Part shown: positions 1 through 10,592 of the stretch, piece after piece
Layout of the letters: each line of letters opens with the position of its first letter
How positions within the stretch are numbered: the first letter of the stretch is position 1
IMG/VR virus record: IMGVR_UViG_2698536665_000003
Span: 99,816-163,815 of that record
Strand: one strand, 5' to 3'
DNA length: 64,000 nt
Source of the DNA: a virus
Translations under genes and position numbers: made by a program
Notes under the pieces: generated by a model
What the model saw: the letters and a program-made list of their open reading frames with translations, nothing else
Told to the model about the DNA's origin: nothing
Database searches by the model: none

Positions 1-456
1 AACGGATTCATTGCTTTACCATTCGAAGTGTTTGCGGAAGAAATGAACTCTTTAATCTCTGGCCGAGTTTCTGAGACTTATTTCGTTCCACAAGATATTA
101 CATTCACTCTTTTACAATCTAGCTTAGTTGAGAAAGTTGCAGCTCCAACTGCAGTTTCTAACCAAGTGAAAGTTCGTGTTATGAACCCGGTTGCAAAAGT
201 AGCGAATAAAACTGTTTCTGTTAACCGTAACGTTCGTGTTGCGATTAAACCAGAACAACAGCAAGATTCTGTTCGCCTTGTAATGTACTTCTTAAACAAA
301 GATGCACAAGTTACTGACGCTATGGCAGTTACTCGTGAAGATGCAGCATACATGGGGTTTGCTCCAACAAACTTCAGCATGGCTGGTATCTATGAAATCC
401 CTGTTACAGAAATCGCATTTGGCGAAGAAGGAACGACTGCTATCGTTCGCTTCTAA
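1..456 (+). CDS. hypothetical protein, 5' truncated by the window edge
   Basis: Frame is open from base 1 through the listed ORF to the stop at 456; a GGGAG-type RBS of the next gene follows. Confidence 0.6.
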   Translation, partial: NGFIALPFEVFAEEMNSLISGRVSETYFVPQDITFTLLQSSLVEKVAAPTAVSNQVKVRVMNPVAKVANKTVSVNRNVRVAIKPEQQQDSVRLVMYFLNKDAQVTDAMAVTREDAAYMGFAPTNFSMAGIYEIPVTEIAFGEEGTTAIVRF

Positions 457-528
457 TAATTAAAAACAATCATTTGGGTAGTGGAGTTAATCCGCTACCC
501 TTTTATTTTATCAGATAAAGGGAGAGAA

Positions 529-1377
529 ATGAATATGAATAACAACGAAATCTTTGCAATGTATATGAACACATTAAACCAACAAGCACAGGCTCTTAAC
601 CAACAGACACAAGCTTTACAACAAGGCTTAACTTGGATGCAACAATCAAATACTGCACCTGTTCAACAAGAACAGTCTGTAGATGTTAATACATTAGTAC
701 AACAACAAATAGATGCTATGATGCCAGCTTTAATGAAACAAGCGGCAGATGCTGTACAACACACAAGTGAAGTGCCAGCACCATTCATTCCTCCACAACC
801 AGTAGTGGAAGATATCGTAGAAGATCCTGCACCACAAGAATATATACTTGGCAACAAACAGTATGACTTATATGTTCGTATCGATAAGCCATGTGAAGGA
901 TGTCCATTCGCATCTTCTTGCGACTTAAAGGCATCTCACATTGCACAAGAGTGTGGAATCATGAACATGAAAGAAGCAGCTGTTGATGCAGGTATTATGG
1001 AAGTGAAAATTGAGGTAAATGAACAAACAATGACAACATCTTACCTTGTTTATAAAGATGGTCAATTCATTGGTTCTCTTGCTGACAATAGAGAGAACAA
1101 AACGATTCGTGCTGAATTAGAAAAGTATATGGGTCACACTGTTCGCGTAATGACTCACTTAAAGAAGAATGTTGCAAACTCTACTTTCACTGGATTATAT
1201 GCAGAAATCTTAGAAGTAGTTACAGAAGTAAAACAAGCTCAACCAGTTCAACCTATTGTAGTAGCACCATCAATGTTTGATGAATCAATTCTTATTCCAG
1301 AAGTTAAATATCCAGAACCACCTACACAACCAGAAGAAGCAACTCTAGACTTAGGTGACATCGTTCTACCGATTTAA
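529..1377 (+). CDS. Q-rich N-terminus hypothetical protein with Cys cluster (CEGCPFASSCDL)
   Basis: ORF with AAAGGGAGAG RBS just before ATG at 529; followed by a terminator-like hairpin. Confidence 0.7.
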   Translation: MNMNNNEIFAMYMNTLNQQAQALNQQTQALQQGLTWMQQSNTAPVQQEQSVDVNTLVQQQIDAMMPALMKQAADAVQHTSEVPAPFIPPQPVVEDIVEDPAPQEYILGNKQYDLYVRIDKPCEGCPFASSCDLKASHIAQECGIMNMKEAAVDAGIMEVKIEVNEQTMTTSYLVYKDGQFIGSLADNRENKTIRAELEKYMGHTVRVMTHLKKNVANSTFTGLYAEILEVVTEVKQAQPVQPIVVAPSMFDESILIPEVKYPEPPTQPEEATLDLGDIVLPI

Positions 1378-1474
1378 CAGAGCGGGGATTATTCCCTGCT
1401 CTTTTTCTTTTATATAGACAGATAAAAATTAAAGACTTAAAACTAAAAAGCCAATTATAAGGAGAGATTTCGAT

Positions 1475-2872
1475 ATGACTATTATGACAACAAACCAATT
1501 ACTTAACCACTTAAACACAAAGAAGGAAAAGCCAGTTACTAATCCCGTTGATGCTGTAACTGTAGCAGAAGATATTGTAGCTAGCCCTAAACCTGTATTC
1601 AATGTGGATCAAACTACTGAACCTGTTCAACCAGATAAGCGTAAGAAGAAAAGAGATATCGTACTAACACCTAGTCAACAATCAGTAGTAAGCAAGATTA
1701 AGAGATGGTACTCTACTACTCATGGTTACGGAAAGTTTGAATTAGCAGGATTTGCTGGTGTAGGTAAATCCACTGTTGTTGACTTTATCTTAGAGGAACT
1801 TGGAATTAGAGCGGATCAAGTTCGTATGTGTGCACCAACTGGTACTGCTTCTCTTGTATTAAAAGAAAAGACACCTGGATATTCTTGCTCTACATTACAT
1901 CGATTATTCTATGTTCCTGAGTTAATGAAAGATGGACGTACTCGCTTTGTCCCTTCTGCAGAAAACTTATACGGTGTAAGACTAATCATTGGTGATGAGT
2001 TCTCTATGACGGGTAGACGTATGGCTGAGGAAATTCTTCCTATGGCTAAGAAAGCTGGATGCAAAGTATTAATCGTTGGAGATCCTGGGCAACTACCTCC
2101 TGTTAAAGATGAAGAGTATTTCTTTGTTAATCCAGATGCAATCCTTACTGAGGTATTACGCCAAGCTGCAGATAATCCAATTGTTGCTTTATCAATGGCT
2201 ATTCGTCAGGCTACAGAAAATGGAGCACCATACATCTTCCCTAATAGAGACCAGAACATTGGTGGGAAAGTATTTGTTATTAATCGCAGTAGAGTATCTA
2301 TTGCTCAATATGCAAAAGTAGTTTCTAACGGCGGTGTTGTTATTGCAGGTATGAATAAAACTCGTCAAAGTTTAAACCAAGCTATTCGTTCACACCTTGG
2401 CTTTAATGAACCAGTTCTTATGAATGATGAAACTGTTGTAATCAAAGAGAACATTGATGGTGGTAACAATGGTGAGATTCAAGTCACTAACGGTATGCGT
2501 GGTAAAGTATCTGAAGTTAAGAAACTAAGTAACGGAAATATTAAGTTCAAGTTTACTCCTGAAGCATTTGATGGACATCGCTATATTGAAGTAAACGAGG
2601 ATGTATTGTTTGAGAGAAAGACAGCTTCTGAGATTCGTAAGAAGAACAAGGAGCTTAGAGTTCAAGGAAAACGCGAAATCCCATTAGGCGTAGAAGTTCA
2701 GTTTGGATATGTTATTACTGGACATGCTTCTCAAGGTTCACAATGGAAGACTGTATATGTAATTAATGAAAGTGGAGTATTTAATCGTGGAGCTGATGGA
2801 TATAAGAATGCTAACAGATGGTTATACACAGTAGTTACACGAGCAGTAGAAAACTTAGTAATTGTAAGATGA
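1475..2872 (+). CDS. Dda/RecD-like superfamily 1 helicase
   Basis: Walker A GFAGVGKST, GDEFSM, VGDPGQLPPV and C-terminal TGHASQGSQW...YTVVTRA motifs; GGAGAG RBS. Confidence 0.88.
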   Translation: MTIMTTNQLLNHLNTKKEKPVTNPVDAVTVAEDIVASPKPVFNVDQTTEPVQPDKRKKKRDIVLTPSQQSVVSKIKRWYSTTHGYGKFELAGFAGVGKSTVVDFILEELGIRADQVRMCAPTGTASLVLKEKTPGYSCSTLHRLFYVPELMKDGRTRFVPSAENLYGVRLIIGDEFSMTGRRMAEEILPMAKKAGCKVLIVGDPGQLPPVKDEEYFFVNPDAILTEVLRQAADNPIVALSMAIRQATENGAPYIFPNRDQNIGGKVFVINRSRVSIAQYAKVVSNGGVVIAGMNKTRQSLNQAIRSHLGFNEPVLMNDETVVIKENIDGGNNGEIQVTNGMRGKVSEVKKLSNGNIKFKFTPEAFDGHRYIEVNEDVLFERKTASEIRKKNKELRVQGKREIPLGVEVQFGYVITGHASQGSQWKTVYVINESGVFNRGADGYKNANRWLYTVVTRAVENLVIVR

Positions 2873-2889
2873 TTTGTAGGAGTGGGGAT

Positions 2890-3300
2890 TCTTCCCTGCT
2901 CCTGTTTTTATATGTGCGTTTCTATGAAGAACGTAGATATAAGGACGGGATTTACCCGGGCCTTCGGCCAGGGCTGTTGCCCACTGCTAACGCATTGGTC
3001 AACCGTATAGGTGCTAACGCACCCTCACTAACGTTCAGGCTAACGCCTATCCTTCCGCCTATTAATAGTAGAGCGGGAATCTTTAACTGGACGTGCCCTC
3101 GTAATGGATAGAGGCTAACGCCCTATCCGATAGTGATGTAAAGAATGGTTTGGATATAGAACTGGACGTTTGGTTCTGTACCCACAAGGATAACTCCTTT
3201 ACCTTTCTTGAGGTAATAATTCCTCTAATTAAATATAGAGTACGTAAAAGTTTAAGTGTACTACTCAAGGGGCTAACTCCCCTACCTTTTTTGATTTAAA
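2890..3300. repeat. ORF-poor intergenic cluster of GCTAACGC-loop hairpins
   Basis: GGTGCTAACGCACC, AGGCTAACGCCT, AGAGGCTAACGCCCT and AGGGCTAACTCCCC in about 350 bp. Confidence 0.55.
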
Positions 3301-3331
3301 AATTTTAATTATGAAATGGAGAGATTTTATT

Positions 3332-4078
3332 ATGACAACTCAACAATTTACACAACCGCAATACGGACAACAGTTTGGACAACAACCACAATTTGGTCAA
3401 CAGCAACAGAAGCAGTCTGACCCGTTCTGGTATCGTCAAAATAGTAGTTATCTGTATGGTGTAACAAATGCACCAAGCAATATGCAGTTAGGTATTGAGA
3501 ATATCTCATTGAAACCTGCATCTGCTAACCAAGTGCCACATGGCATTATGTTCAATGGTTTATTACGTTCTGTTATTGGTAGTATTTCATTCCAAGTTCG
3601 TATGAGTCCTCGTACACAAGCACCATTCGTACAGACTATCTCAACTGAAAATGGAGTAGATACACAAACAGGTCAAAAGAACTATTGGGAGCACATTAAC
3701 TTAACTCCACAAGTTAAAGCTCAAATTCTTCGTTTTGCTGAAGCGATGTTGACTGGACAAGCTCCTATGCAACAACAAATGCCACAGCAACAATTCGGAA
3801 TGCAACAACCAATGGGTATGGGCGGTATGCAACAACCTATGAATTATGGTCAGCAACCTATGTATGGTCAACAGCCTATGGGTATGCAACCTATGATGGG
3901 TATGCAACAACCTATGCAAGTTCCGCAGTATGGTCAACAAACTCCTGTTTATACGCCACCTGCTCCTCAGGATATGGCACAGCAAACTGAACAGCCAGTT
4001 GAACAACCACAACAGCAACCAGTTGATGCAGGAGACAAAGTTGAACCAACTGTTAAAGAAGAAGATTTACCAATCTAA
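3332..4078 (+). CDS. low-complexity Q/M/P/Y-rich protein
   Basis: Tandem GMQQPM/YGQQPM repeats; GAGATTTT then ATG at 3332. Confidence 0.7.
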   Translation: MTTQQFTQPQYGQQFGQQPQFGQQQQKQSDPFWYRQNSSYLYGVTNAPSNMQLGIENISLKPASANQVPHGIMFNGLLRSVIGSISFQVRMSPRTQAPFVQTISTENGVDTQTGQKNYWEHINLTPQVKAQILRFAEAMLTGQAPMQQQMPQQQFGMQQPMGMGGMQQPMNYGQQPMYGQQPMGMQPMMGMQQPMQVPQYGQQTPVYTPPAPQDMAQQTEQPVEQPQQQPVDAGDKVEPTVKEEDLPI

Positions 4079-4149
4079 GAGAGAAGGTATCCCCTTTTCT
4101 CTTTTTTTATTTACACAAAAAACTTAAATCCGAAAGGTGAGAATCCATC

Positions 4150-4383
4150 ATGTTAGAAATCACAACGAACGACAATTCAATTTACCTTGCAAAAGAAGAA
4201 ACAAAAGGTTTAGTTGCTGTAGTAGCCAGAAAGATTGAGGAAGGTATTATCGAGATCACTTATTTCTGTAATGGCGTAACTAAGGTACTTAAATCTGCAA
4301 GTCTTCTAGCATCACGTATGATTGCTGGTCTTATGGAGGCTGACTATGCAGAGGTAGATAAAGCGGTCAGAGGTGTTGCTTAA
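4150..4383 (+). CDS. hypothetical protein
   Basis: ORF with AAAGGTGAG RBS. Confidence 0.65.
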   Translation: MLEITTNDNSIYLAKEETKGLVAVVARKIEEGIIEITYFCNGVTKVLKSASLLASRMIAGLMEADYAEVDKAVRGVA

Positions 4384-4673
4384 TGCAAAAAGGTTTTGAA
4401 GGCTTAATGATGTCCAACGTATGGAATGGTCTTCGAATAAAGAAAGAAAAAAATATAAAGAATATGCCCTTACATGTATTACGTGTAGATGGAGGCAGTG
4501 AAAAAGTCGTGTTCCAAGACGTAGAGGAATTTGATCTTCCTAATGAATACACCCTAGTGGGAACATGCACCATTAATAATCGGGAACACACATTTGAATA
4601 TATAGCAAAATTCGGGAGGCAGAACTCTACTATTATAGGGTTCTTGCCTGTAGATGAAAGGAAGTTATCATAA
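4383..4673 (+). CDS. hypothetical protein
   Basis: ORF overlapping the upstream stop (TTAATG arrangement). Confidence 0.6.
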   Translation: MQKGFEGLMMSNVWNGLRIKKEKNIKNMPLHVLRVDGGSEKVVFQDVEEFDLPNEYTLVGTCTINNREHTFEYIAKFGRQNSTIIGFLPVDERKLS

Positions 4674-4836
4674 TGAAGATTAACACTAGAGAATGGTTAG
4701 CAATGTCAAAAGAGGATCGACTTCTTTGCATTCGTTTAACTGTAGCAGACAACATCATGGAACAACGTAAACGTCGAAGAGGATAACGTCCTCTTCCTTT
4801 TTTGTATCTAAATATATTTTAAGGAGAGATATTAAC

Positions 4837-5178
4837 ATGTTAGAAATTCAATCATCAGTTTGGTACCACACAGTAAATGTACCAGTAAGAACACACAACA
4901 AGGAATACGGTTTAAAGGATATTAAGGTGTATCCTGCAAATGCTCTACAGAAGTCATACGGTATGGTTTGTAACTGTATCTTATATTTAGTTTGTGGAAC
5001 GATTCGTGTAACAATTGCTGAATCAAAGAATAATCCAGGAACAATCTATCTAATCACACCTGGACAAACACAAGTTGAAGTACAAGGCAATCCACAGTAC
5101 TACGAGAATGTTCAGCTCAGCTATGAGTTGAAGGCACAAGTTTTAAAGTATGTTGAATCGTTAACGAAGCAGGTCTAG
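4837..5178 (+). CDS. hypothetical protein
   Basis: ORF with AAGGAGAG RBS. Confidence 0.65.
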   Translation: MLEIQSSVWYHTVNVPVRTHNKEYGLKDIKVYPANALQKSYGMVCNCILYLVCGTIRVTIAESKNNPGTIYLITPGQTQVEVQGNPQYYENVQLSYELKAQVLKYVESLTKQV

Positions 5179-5599
5179 TCCCCTGCTTCTTTTTTTATGA
5201 CAATTAAATAGGAAGATGAGGTCAAAAGTAATGAGCACCTTATTCGAAGGTTATACAAAGTTCGAAAGTAAGATTGATAGTAACAAAGATATTTGCATCA
5301 CCATTGATGGTATACCGACAGTGATTGAGTATTCCTATCACTCTATCAAACGTAGTAAGCACCGCGTCGTATTCGAGGCTGCTGTCGTAATGATGATTCA
5401 GAATGCGTTTGATGACATATTAGATTTACACAACGATGAGAGATTTATCGTAATTGACAAAGAGCTATGCATCTCTGTCATTGGTTCATTAAGAGGAGTT
5501 GGAGGTGACATCATAATCAGTATTGTTTCTGTTATAGATTCTGATCAACCTACCAATCCTTATGGCACATACACTATTGCAATTTAAGGAGAGATCGTC

Positions 5600-6115
5600 A
5601 TGGAAGGTAACGGTTGGGTTTTATTTATTGGAATGATATTAACGTTTGCTTTATTTATTCGTATTTGTATCACAGCCCCTAACAATGGTTCTGATACTAC
5701 TGTTAAGAAAGAAAAGAAGAAAGTTGATTCTAAGTTTGAACGAGTTAATCAAGTAGAAGGCATTCTATATGCTGATGACTTAAAGATTAAGACATTCAAC
5801 ATAGGTGAACTTGCAGTTGATAACGTTACAGTCAAGTTGTATAACCACGTAGGTAAACCTGTACAGCCGACTGATATTATTTTCAATGGTCAATCTATAT
5901 ATGCTTTTGCCCCAGTCGGGACATCTTATCGTGAGAAAGCAGAGTATGCTATCCAAGTATTAAAGAACAATGCTAATCAAGGTGCGTTGTCTTTCCGTAC
6001 AGTGGATGAGATTGAACATATTTTAATTGAAGTAGATAACCTGAATGACTACATCAATGAAGGTAAGGTTTCTCAAATCAGCAATGATGCCGAGGATTTT
6101 GTTTGGGTAGGCTAA
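5600..6115 (+). CDS. membrane-anchored hypothetical protein
   Basis: N-terminal hydrophobic helix GWVLFIGMILTFALFIRI; AAGGAGAG RBS. Confidence 0.65.
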   Translation: MEGNGWVLFIGMILTFALFIRICITAPNNGSDTTVKKEKKKVDSKFERVNQVEGILYADDLKIKTFNIGELAVDNVTVKLYNHVGKPVQPTDIIFNGQSIYAFAPVGTSYREKAEYAIQVLKNNANQGALSFRTVDEIEHILIEVDNLNDYINEGKVSQISNDAEDFVWVG

Positions 6116-6167
6116 CGCCTACTCCCATTTTGTGTATTAACAATAACTAGAACGGGGAGATTTAATC

Positions 6168-6689
6168 ATGAATAACTTATATGGACAATTCCAATCAGAC
6201 ATACAAGGTGCAGCTAACAATATGATGACTCAATTACTATGTGCAGAGAAAGGTATCGACTACAACCAGTTGATGCAACAAGCTCAGCAAGCACATGTTA
6301 ATGGTATCTTACAAGCTGAACAGCAACGTCAAGTTAACAACTTGATTAAAAGTCATTACCAAGGGAATAGTGGTTCTATCGTTTCTAAAATTAAAGATAT
6401 GTTTGTTTCGGAACCTGCACCGAACATGTTCATGCCTATGGCTCCTATGCCTGGGATGCAACCAATGATGCAGAATCCTATGCAACCACAACAAGGGATG
6501 ACTCCTCAACAGGCGTCGTCCTTTTTAGTTCCACCTCAACCAACTACTACAGAGATTCCTTTAGAGGACAACTCTCGTATAGAAAAGCTTGAGAAGGACA
6601 TGGAACAAATGATGCAACAGATGACACAATTTATGATGGCTATGCAACAACCACAACAAACAGTGGTACAACCTGCGCCACAACTATAA
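6168..6689 (+). CDS. Q/M/P-rich low-complexity protein
   Basis: ORF with GGGGAG RBS, MPMAPMPGMQPMMQNPMQPQQG segment, C-terminal coiled coil/Q-rich. Confidence 0.65.
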   Translation: MNNLYGQFQSDIQGAANNMMTQLLCAEKGIDYNQLMQQAQQAHVNGILQAEQQRQVNNLIKSHYQGNSGSIVSKIKDMFVSEPAPNMFMPMAPMPGMQPMMQNPMQPQQGMTPQQASSFLVPPQPTTTEIPLEDNSRIEKLEKDMEQMMQQMTQFMMAMQQPQQTVVQPAPQL

Positions 6690-6884
6690 GAGGGGATCAC
6701 TCCCCTCCCCTTTTTTAAATATAGGACTACCGACGTCCATTTTAATTTCGACTATCTCCCCTTAGTCAAATGTAGAACTAACGACGTCCATGTCCTATAT
6801 CACATCTACAACTGTATTACAAGTCTAGACATTACCTAATGAGATGGTTAGGTTTAGTCATCAATCGAACAGGAGCGGATAATC

Positions 6885-7295
6885 ATGAACGAATTAATTC
6901 CGGTAGCTATCAACAATAAAACAATCAACACAGATGAAGTCGATCAACTATATAGAGATGACATCGCACTATTGATCCCTCGTGTAGCAGGACAACCTTA
7001 CATCAAGTCAACTACCGAAGCTGCAGTCAATACCATGTGGAAGATGACGGCAGCTATGCGCCCGAACAAATCCAAGATTTCTTTCGATCAGTTACATACA
7101 GGTAAGACTGACGAAGAAGTACATGAAGACTTAATGGCACTTGTAAAAGACATGTCCAACTTGATGCAAAAGATTGTTCATTCGTCTAGCTGGCGTAACG
7201 GAGAATTCAATGACTTCGATAAAGTTGAATTCGACAGACTGCTACGAAACATGCAATATCACACATCAGCGAAACCAGCGGTTTCGTCATACTAA
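6885..7295 (+). CDS. hypothetical protein
   Basis: ORF with AGGAGCGG RBS. Confidence 0.6.
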   Translation: MNELIPVAINNKTINTDEVDQLYRDDIALLIPRVAGQPYIKSTTEAAVNTMWKMTAAMRPNKSKISFDQLHTGKTDEEVHEDLMALVKDMSNLMQKIVHSSSWRNGEFNDFDKVEFDRLLRNMQYHTSAKPAVSSY

Positions 7296-7581
7296 GCAAA
7301 CAGAAAGATGATTATGTGAAACACTTTTCAACGAGAATATCCATTATCAAAGTAGATGACAGTTCTTACTATATAGGACTACAGTTCTATCACTCTGATA
7401 CTTGGATGACATTTAAACATATATCTCATCGCTACTCTTCCCATGAAGAAGCTGCGGCGTCCTATGACAAACTTGAACGACTTGGTTACATGGACCCTGC
7501 TCTATATAGTCATGAACTATATAAGTAGCGTTGGGGCGTTAGCCCCAGACTAAGATGGTTACTATATAGGAGGAAAACATT

Positions 7582-7827
7582 ATGGAAAACAAAAAAGGAA
7601 GCATTTTTCAAAGTTTTACATCTAAACAAATTATTTGGGCAGCGGATCTTATTGCGGTGAAGATGAAGGACGGAACATATGACGTATTCAAAGGTCGTCC
7701 GTCTTTATCTAAAGGAATTGTTGATGGATTAACTTTTAAAGGGATGTTAGTTGAAGCGAAACAACCAATCGTTCTTTGTGAAGACTATCTAGATAAAGAC
7801 AAAAACGGACGAGTACTATTCTCATAA
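7582..7827 (+). CDS. hypothetical protein
   Basis: ORF with TATATAGGAGG RBS. Confidence 0.6.
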   Translation: MENKKGSIFQSFTSKQIIWAADLIAVKMKDGTYDVFKGRPSLSKGIVDGLTFKGMLVEAKQPIVLCEDYLDKDKNGRVLFS

Positions 7828-7849
7828 GTATATATAGGAGGAATCATAT

Positions 7850-8161
7850 ATGAAGAATTCACCACTTTGTCCAGGCTTCTCCCCTGCTCACTCCGAAGCA
7901 TATACAATGTCATCATTTATCGGTCACGTTGTCGTAGCTGGATATAATCACGAAACAAACAAATACTTAGCTTTCGTCATCGAAGGCGACATTGAGATGG
8001 ATGCAGTGGTGAACTTGCGAAACCCCCATCTTGAACTATTCATACCAGAACAATTAATCGAGACAGGAAACTCACTGGCTTGGATGTTCAAAGAAGAACT
8101 AACGACACCCGGCTTACGTGTAGAAGATGCCTTCTCGCAACCATACAATTTTATTCACTGA
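7850..8161 (+). CDS. hypothetical protein
   Basis: ORF with TATATAGGAGG RBS. Confidence 0.6.
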   Translation: MKNSPLCPGFSPAHSEAYTMSSFIGHVVVAGYNHETNKYLAFVIEGDIEMDAVVNLRNPHLELFIPEQLIETGNSLAWMFKEELTTPGLRVEDAFSQPYNFIH

Positions 8162-8173
8162 GGAGAGATTACT

Positions 8174-8446
8174 ATGCCAACGTTCATCGTCAACATTTAC
8201 GAACGCACTTGGGCCTTCACCAAATACGAAGTCATCTATATAGATACAGACGGCACCGTCACTCGCAAAGAACGACGTGTCATCAACTGGGTCAACAATC
8301 CGAAAGAAGTCGCATACCATCGTGCAAAAAAGATGGTCGAAGAATGGCAACTGGCAGTCGGTGTAGTCAATGCCTTCGTCACCTATATAGTAGACAAACA
8401 AACTACGTATAAATTCCCTACAGGGGGCTTTTTCAAAATAGGCTGA
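8174..8446 (+). CDS. hypothetical protein
   Basis: ORF with GAGGAGAG RBS. Confidence 0.6.
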   Translation: MPTFIVNIYERTWAFTKYEVIYIDTDGTVTRKERRVINWVNNPKEVAYHRAKKMVEEWQLAVGVVNAFVTYIVDKQTTYKFPTGGFFKIG

Positions 8447-8549
8447 AACACCACCTCTCGATGGGGGTGAAGCGGGTCTCCGCCCCTTCTAAGCCTTCTG
8501 AATGCCATAGGTTTTGGTGGTGGTCTATCCCCTTTCCTACCTGTACGTA

Positions 8550-8960
8550 AACATAAAGTATGTGATTCTCCCTATATAGTAGACGTCTATATAGTGGTGT
8601 GTGTCTCTGTCTATATAGCAGTAGATAAAGAGAATGTCTATATAGTAGATACACATAATCATAGGGTAATAGTCTAAGTGTTTGTCATATATAGAGAAGT
8701 ACAAACGCAGTCATATCAAGGGTTTGGAGGTTACTGAATGGATGAAACTGATCATGTCCTATATATATTAGGTCTAGTATTACTGTCTATAGATGCTGTT
8801 ATGTTTATCTATATAGTTTGTGTAATAGCGTCTTACATGTAGGTCTATATAGTAGTAGATGTGTAGTTCTATATAATCGTTATGTCATAGTGTTATGTCT
8901 ATATAGGTATGTATATATGAGTCTATACAGTGGGTTATATAGAGAGAGAAGAAGCAGTAG
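8550..8960. repeat. ORF-poor region with dispersed GTCTATATAG repeats
   Basis: Repeated (G)TCTATATAG/CTATATAGTAG(A) words at roughly 20-60 bp spacing. Confidence 0.6.
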
Positions 8961-9059
8961 ATTTGTTTCCGGGGAATTTTCCCGCCCACTATATAATATA
9001 TATCATTTCGGTATTTTTCGGTCGATTTCACAAAAAAAAGTTTAGGAGTGTACAAGAAT

Positions 9060-9209
9060 ATGAATCTTACACGTAATATGAATTTCACTAGTAATGAACT
9101 AAAAGTTATATATAAGAAACTAACTGGTGCTAGACTCACTGAAAATGAACAACGTTTAGCATCTCACTTAGTAATGAAACTACAAATTGAAGGCAAAGTT
9201 AAACCATAA
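9060..9209 (+). CDS. small hypothetical protein (49 aa)
   Basis: ATG-to-TAA ORF read directly from sequence; TTTAGGAG RBS. Confidence 0.55.
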   Translation: MNLTRNMNFTSNELKVIYKKLTGARLTENEQRLASHLVMKLQIEGKVKP

Positions 9210-9399
9210 GGAGAGATTACTATGTTGGAAGTTTATATAGGTTCTGCACAGCATGAGAAAGTAGCTGCTATGGTACAAGTCTTTATTAATGTTTATACAG
9301 GTGAGCATGTAGATGTTAAAGAGTTAGAAGGTCGTGTCTTACATCATACATTCACTGATTCATGTGGAAGACAAGTCATGATGTTTAGGAGGAAATAAT

Positions 9400-9615
9400 A
9401 TGCAAGAACAACCTATTTATTTAAAGTCGCTACATTCTTATAACTTTCGTCACTCTAAGGAAAATCCAAAGGTAATCGGTTTTGTTATGTTTACACCTGA
9501 AGGGTATTCTCCCCGTCCATGTTTTAAAGTTCTATACGAAAGTGATAACTTTGTTGACCATATCCCTCACTCTTCACTTGTTGATGGATACTACGAAGTT
9601 GTTGTTAAGGATTAA
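9400..9615 (+). CDS. hypothetical protein
   Basis: ORF with TTAGGAGG RBS. Confidence 0.55.
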   Translation: MQEQPIYLKSLHSYNFRHSKENPKVIGFVMFTPEGYSPRPCFKVLYESDNFVDHIPHSSLVDGYYEVVVKD

Positions 9616-9645
9616 GTGTATCACAACATAAGGAGGAGTTTTATA

Positions 9646-9921
9646 ATGCCTAACAATTGGTATCACACACCTAATTACAATAATACTACTCAGCTTCCGA
9701 AGCAATCGAAAACGAAGGTAGTTGCAAGTGTTAAACGGAAAGCTATTGTCGGAGAAAAGATCGTGATTACTGAAAAACACTTTGCTAGTGATTTTATGAT
9801 TGGAGATATATTTACCGTTAAGGAAATTGAGAAGGATTCGGTAAATGTGAATGAAGATGCTCAAGGTGTGTACCACTGGGAGTATGAAGTTGTTACAAAA
9901 TTAGAGCAGGTTTGCGAATAA
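9646..9921 (+). CDS. hypothetical protein
   Basis: ORF with AAGGAGGAG RBS. Confidence 0.6.
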   Translation: MPNNWYHTPNYNNTTQLPKQSKTKVVASVKRKAIVGEKIVITEKHFASDFMIGDIFTVKEIEKDSVNVNEDAQGVYHWEYEVVTKLEQVCE

Positions 9922-9934
9922 GGAGGAGCAGGTT

Positions 9935-10264
9935 ATGGATGATGTTCAAAAGTTTGTATCTAAGAATCAACATCAGTTTGGTTATGTCATGCAAGTAGCT
10001 AGTGATCAATGGAAGAAGAAAGATCCTACTGGTGCTTTAACTGTTGGTCCTTGTAATTACTATATAGAGAAACATGGTGACTATCATACATTACTTGATA
10101 AGTTAGCTAGTAAAGAAGAGATAACTATGCGCGCCCTGGGTAAATCTGTTGAGACTATGCACAAAATCAAGTTTTTCTGTGAAAGAGCTAAGAATTATCA
10201 ACGCATTGAAGATAAAGATAAAGACATGGATATTATCTTAGAGTTACTAAAAGAAAATGTCTAA
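9935..10264 (+). CDS. hypothetical protein
   Basis: ORF with AAGGAGGAG RBS. Confidence 0.6.
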   Translation: MDDVQKFVSKNQHQFGYVMQVASDQWKKKDPTGALTVGPCNYYIEKHGDYHTLLDKLASKEEITMRALGKSVETMHKIKFFCERAKNYQRIEDKDKDMDIILELLKENV

Positions 10265-10279
10265 GGAGAGATTGACGGC

Positions 10280-10486
10280 GTGACTAAGATCATAACCAAA
10301 ACATCTGCACAAGCAAAGATAGAGCGTGCACAGCGAGAAAAAGATACTTCTTGCCCTGAATGTGGTAAACCCTGCCTAGGAAGTGTTGCAACTAGAACAA
10401 AAGGAATCTTTTCAGTCAGAGTAGAGAAAAAATACAGTTACAGTTGTATATATTGTGATTGTGAATGGACTACCGGATGGAAGTAA
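10280..10486 (+). CDS. small zinc-ribbon-like protein
   Basis: CPECGKPC...CIYCDCEW cysteine pairs. Confidence 0.6.
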   Translation: MTKIITKTSAQAKIERAQREKDTSCPECGKPCLGSVATRTKGIFSVRVEKKYSYSCIYCDCEWTTGWK

Positions 10487-10592
10487 ATAAGCGAATTGTT
10501 GTGTTGTGATTATCGCTAAGGTAATCATTCAATCTAGGTTTCCTTCTTTGACTTATTGAAGGATTTACCTACAAATTATAGGAGGGAAAGTA

